DNA of 64,000 nucleotides from Macrostomum lignano (taxonomy: Eukaryota). How positions within the stretch are numbered: position 1 is the stretch's first letter; every line of letters begins with the position of its first letter. A model generated the notes under the pieces. That model saw only the letters and a list, made by a program, of their open reading frames with translations, was not told the origin of the DNA and searched no databases. This document shows, one piece after another, positions 61,760 through 64,000 of the stretch. The stretch covers positions 62,001 through 126,000 of the forward strand of contig NIVC01000501.1 of assembly GCA_002269645.1 (NCBI GenBank), in the 5' to 3' direction. Both the position numbers and the translations under genes were made by a program.

Positions 61760-62525
61760 ACTGAAGGGTGTAGCAGCAATCTGAAGGACAGTCAGGGAGG
61801 GTGTAGCAGCAATCTGAAGGACAGTCAGGGAGGGTGTAGCAGCAATCTGAAGGACAGTCAGGGAGGGTGTAGCAGCAATCTGAAGGACAGCCAGGGAGGG
61901 TGTAGCAGCAATCTGAAGGACAGCCAGGGAGGGTGTAGCAGCAATCTGAAGGACAGTCAGGGAGGGTGTAGCAGCAATCTGAAGGACAGTCAGGGAGGGT
62001 GTAGCAGCAATCTGAAGGACAGCCAGGGAGGGTGTAGCAGCAATCTGAAGGACAGCCAGGGAGGGTGTAGCAGCAATCTGAAGGACAGCCAGGGAGGGTG
62101 TAGCAGCAATCTGAAGGACAGCCAGGGAGGGTGTAGCAGCAATCTGAAGGACAGCCAGGGAGGGTGTAGCAGCAATCTGAAGGACAGCCAGGGAGGGTGT
62201 AGCAGCAATCTGAAGGACAGTCAGGGAGGGTGTAGCAGCAATCTGAAGGACAGTCAGGGAGGGTGTAGCAGCAATCTGAAGGACAGTCAGGAAGGGTGTA
62301 GCAGCAATCTGAAGGACAGTCAGGAAGGGTGTAGCAGCAATCTGAAGGACAGTCAGGGAGGGTGTAGCAGCAATCTGAAGGACAGTCAGGGAGGGTGTAG
62401 CAGCAATCTGAAGAACAGTCAGGGAGGGTGTAGCAGCAATCTGAAGGACAGTCAGGGAGGGTGTAGCAGCAATCTGAAGGACAGTCAGGGAGGGTGTAGC
62501 AGCAATCTGAAGAACAGTTGGGTGT
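61760..62525. repeat. 33-bp minisatellite between SLC7A6OS and LAMTOR4
   Basis: GGGTGTAGCAGCAATCTGAAGGACAGTCAGGGA units. Confidence 0.95.
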
Positions 62526-62764
62526 AGCAACAACTACCTACTAATTCAATGGGAAAGAAAAAAAGCAACAAACACGAAATAAAATATAAGCAGACAGAAA
62601 TGCATTCTTGGTTAAAAACTTGTTTAAAAACGGTATATCAAACAGAACGATTCACAATGATTCGACCCAATAATAGCCAGAGAGGCTATAATAAATAAAG
62701 AGTACACAATGCTCTATTATAGTTAATAAACATGTTGGTGAATGGAACAACTCGCGCAACTGGG

Positions 62765-63301
62765 CTACGGCTGTTCCTGCGAAGCGCCAACAGCGGCCAA
62801 ACTCGAAGGCCCATCGTCGCCGCTATTCAATAACTGCTGTTTAAATTGGCGCCAATCGGCCAGGTCTCGGTCGTCTTCTTCGCTATCCGACGGCTCCAAT
62901 TGTCGCTGAACGAATCGGACTCGGCCAAGTCGGCCAGCCAGTCGACCGACGTCGCCACCGCCACCGTCGTCGTCGTACGGATCGACATCGTCGACATAAT
63001 CGTCGTCCTCGTCCTCGCTATCCGCCGAGCAGCCATTGGCCGACTCGTCCTCGGACGGTGTGTCCGGATATTCGTTGCGCCAATTGGACTCGCTATTCGA
63101 ATCTGAATCGTCGCTATTGCCGTCGATAACGGTGAAACAACCACCGCCGCTGCTGCCGACAGCATCCGAGTCGTCTGCGTAGCTGTAGGCCTCTTCGTAG
63201 GCCTGAAGCAGGAACTGCATCTGCTGGTGCTCCTGCTGGCTCTCGCTGCCGGGCACGGGCAGCGGGCCGCGGGCTGCGGGTGGGGCGGTTGACAGGGAAT
63301 G
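62765..63301 (-). CDS. SLC7A6OS: Last exon of an SLC7A6OS/Iwr1-like RNA polymerase II nuclear import factor; upstream exons lie beyond the right edge
   Basis: DSDSNSESNWRNEYPD matches the Iwr1-domain signature (SENNWRNEYP) in an acidic context; acceptor cagtttag|CAT is in frame. Confidence 0.72.
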   Translation of the reverse strand, partial: HSLSTAPPAARGPLPVPGSESQQEHQQMQFLLQAYEEAYSYADDSDAVGSSGGGCFTVIDGNSDDSDSNSESNWRNEYPDTPSEDESANGCSADSEDEDDDYVDDVDPYDDDGGGGDVGRLAGRLGRVRFVQRQLEPSDSEEDDRDLADWRQFKQQLLNSGDDGPSSLAAVGASQEQP

Positions 63302-63354
63302 CTAAACTGAACTGATGCAGTGCAAGCTGGCATCTGGATTGGGCGGCTTCGCTG

Positions 63355-63965
63355 CTGGGAAGGTCTGGGAGGCTGGCCCAGCAACTGGGGATCTGAGAGG
63401 CTGGCCAAGCAACTGAGGATGTGGGAGGCTGGCCCAGCAACTGGGGATCTGAGAGGCTGGCCCAGCAACTGAGGATCTGAGAGGCTGGCCCAGCAACTGA
63501 GGATGTGGGAGGCTGGCCAAGCAACTGAGGATGTGGGAGGCTGGCCCAGCAACTGAGCATGTGGGAGGCTGGCCCAGCAACTGAGGATCTGGGAGGCTGG
63601 CCCAGCAACTGAGCATGTGGGAGGCTGGCCCAGCAACTGAGGATCTGGGAGGCTGGCCCAGCAACTGAGGATCTGGGAGGCTGGCCCAGCAACTGAGCAT
63701 CTGGGAGGCTGGCCCAGCAACTGACACTCTGGGAGGCTGGCCCAGCAACTGAGCATCTGGAAGGCTGGCCCAGCAACTGGGGATCAGGGAGGCTGGCCCA
63801 GCAACTGAGCATCTGGGAGGCTGCATGGCCCAGCAATTGAGGATCTGGGAGGCTGGCCCAGCAACTGGGGATCAGGGAGGCTGGCCCAGCAACTGAGCAT
63901 CTGGGAGGCTGCATGGCCCAGCAATTGAGGATCTGGGAGGCTGGCCCAGCAACTGAGGATCTGAG
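63355..63965 (-). repeat. 28-bp GATCCTCAGTTGCTGGGCCAGCCTCCCA minisatellite (reverse strand) in the SLC7A6OS intron
   Basis: Reverse complement of the unit at 6550 and 14145. Confidence 0.95.
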
Positions 63966-64000
63966 AAGTCAGCCCAGCTAGTAGAGATAGTAAGGTCCAA

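Overview
Eukaryotic (metazoan, probably lophotrochozoan) genomic DNA. The GC-rich exons, minisatellite-filled introns and an animal USP gene resemble the flatworm Macrostomum; the organism is an inference. I reconstructed nine spliced or single-exon host genes by hand: EFCAB7 (-, runs off the left end), RILP-like (+), mitochondrial RBFA (+), CFAP45 (-), an allatotropin/orexin-type GPCR (+), a universal-stress-protein gene (-), EB1/MAPRE (-), LAMTOR4 (-) and the last exon of SLC7A6OS/Iwr1 (-). Almost every intron and spacer carries its own mini- or microsatellite, and most long ORFs in the supplied track are translations of these repeats. Mobile DNA includes a structurally complete 3.16-kb hAT transposon (12-bp TIR, 8-bp TSD, open spliced transposase), a 1.5-kb foldback element with a 9-bp TSD, a Harbinger-like MITE and a 42-bp perfect palindrome flanked by an 8-bp TSD. 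Other points of note are a candidate 3-nt microexon or recursive splice site, a GC-AG intron, RFX X-boxes among ciliary genes, an ETS-site minisatellite, acceptor sites just upstream of most start codons (possible SL trans-splicing) and a satellite/TTAGGG/transposon block.
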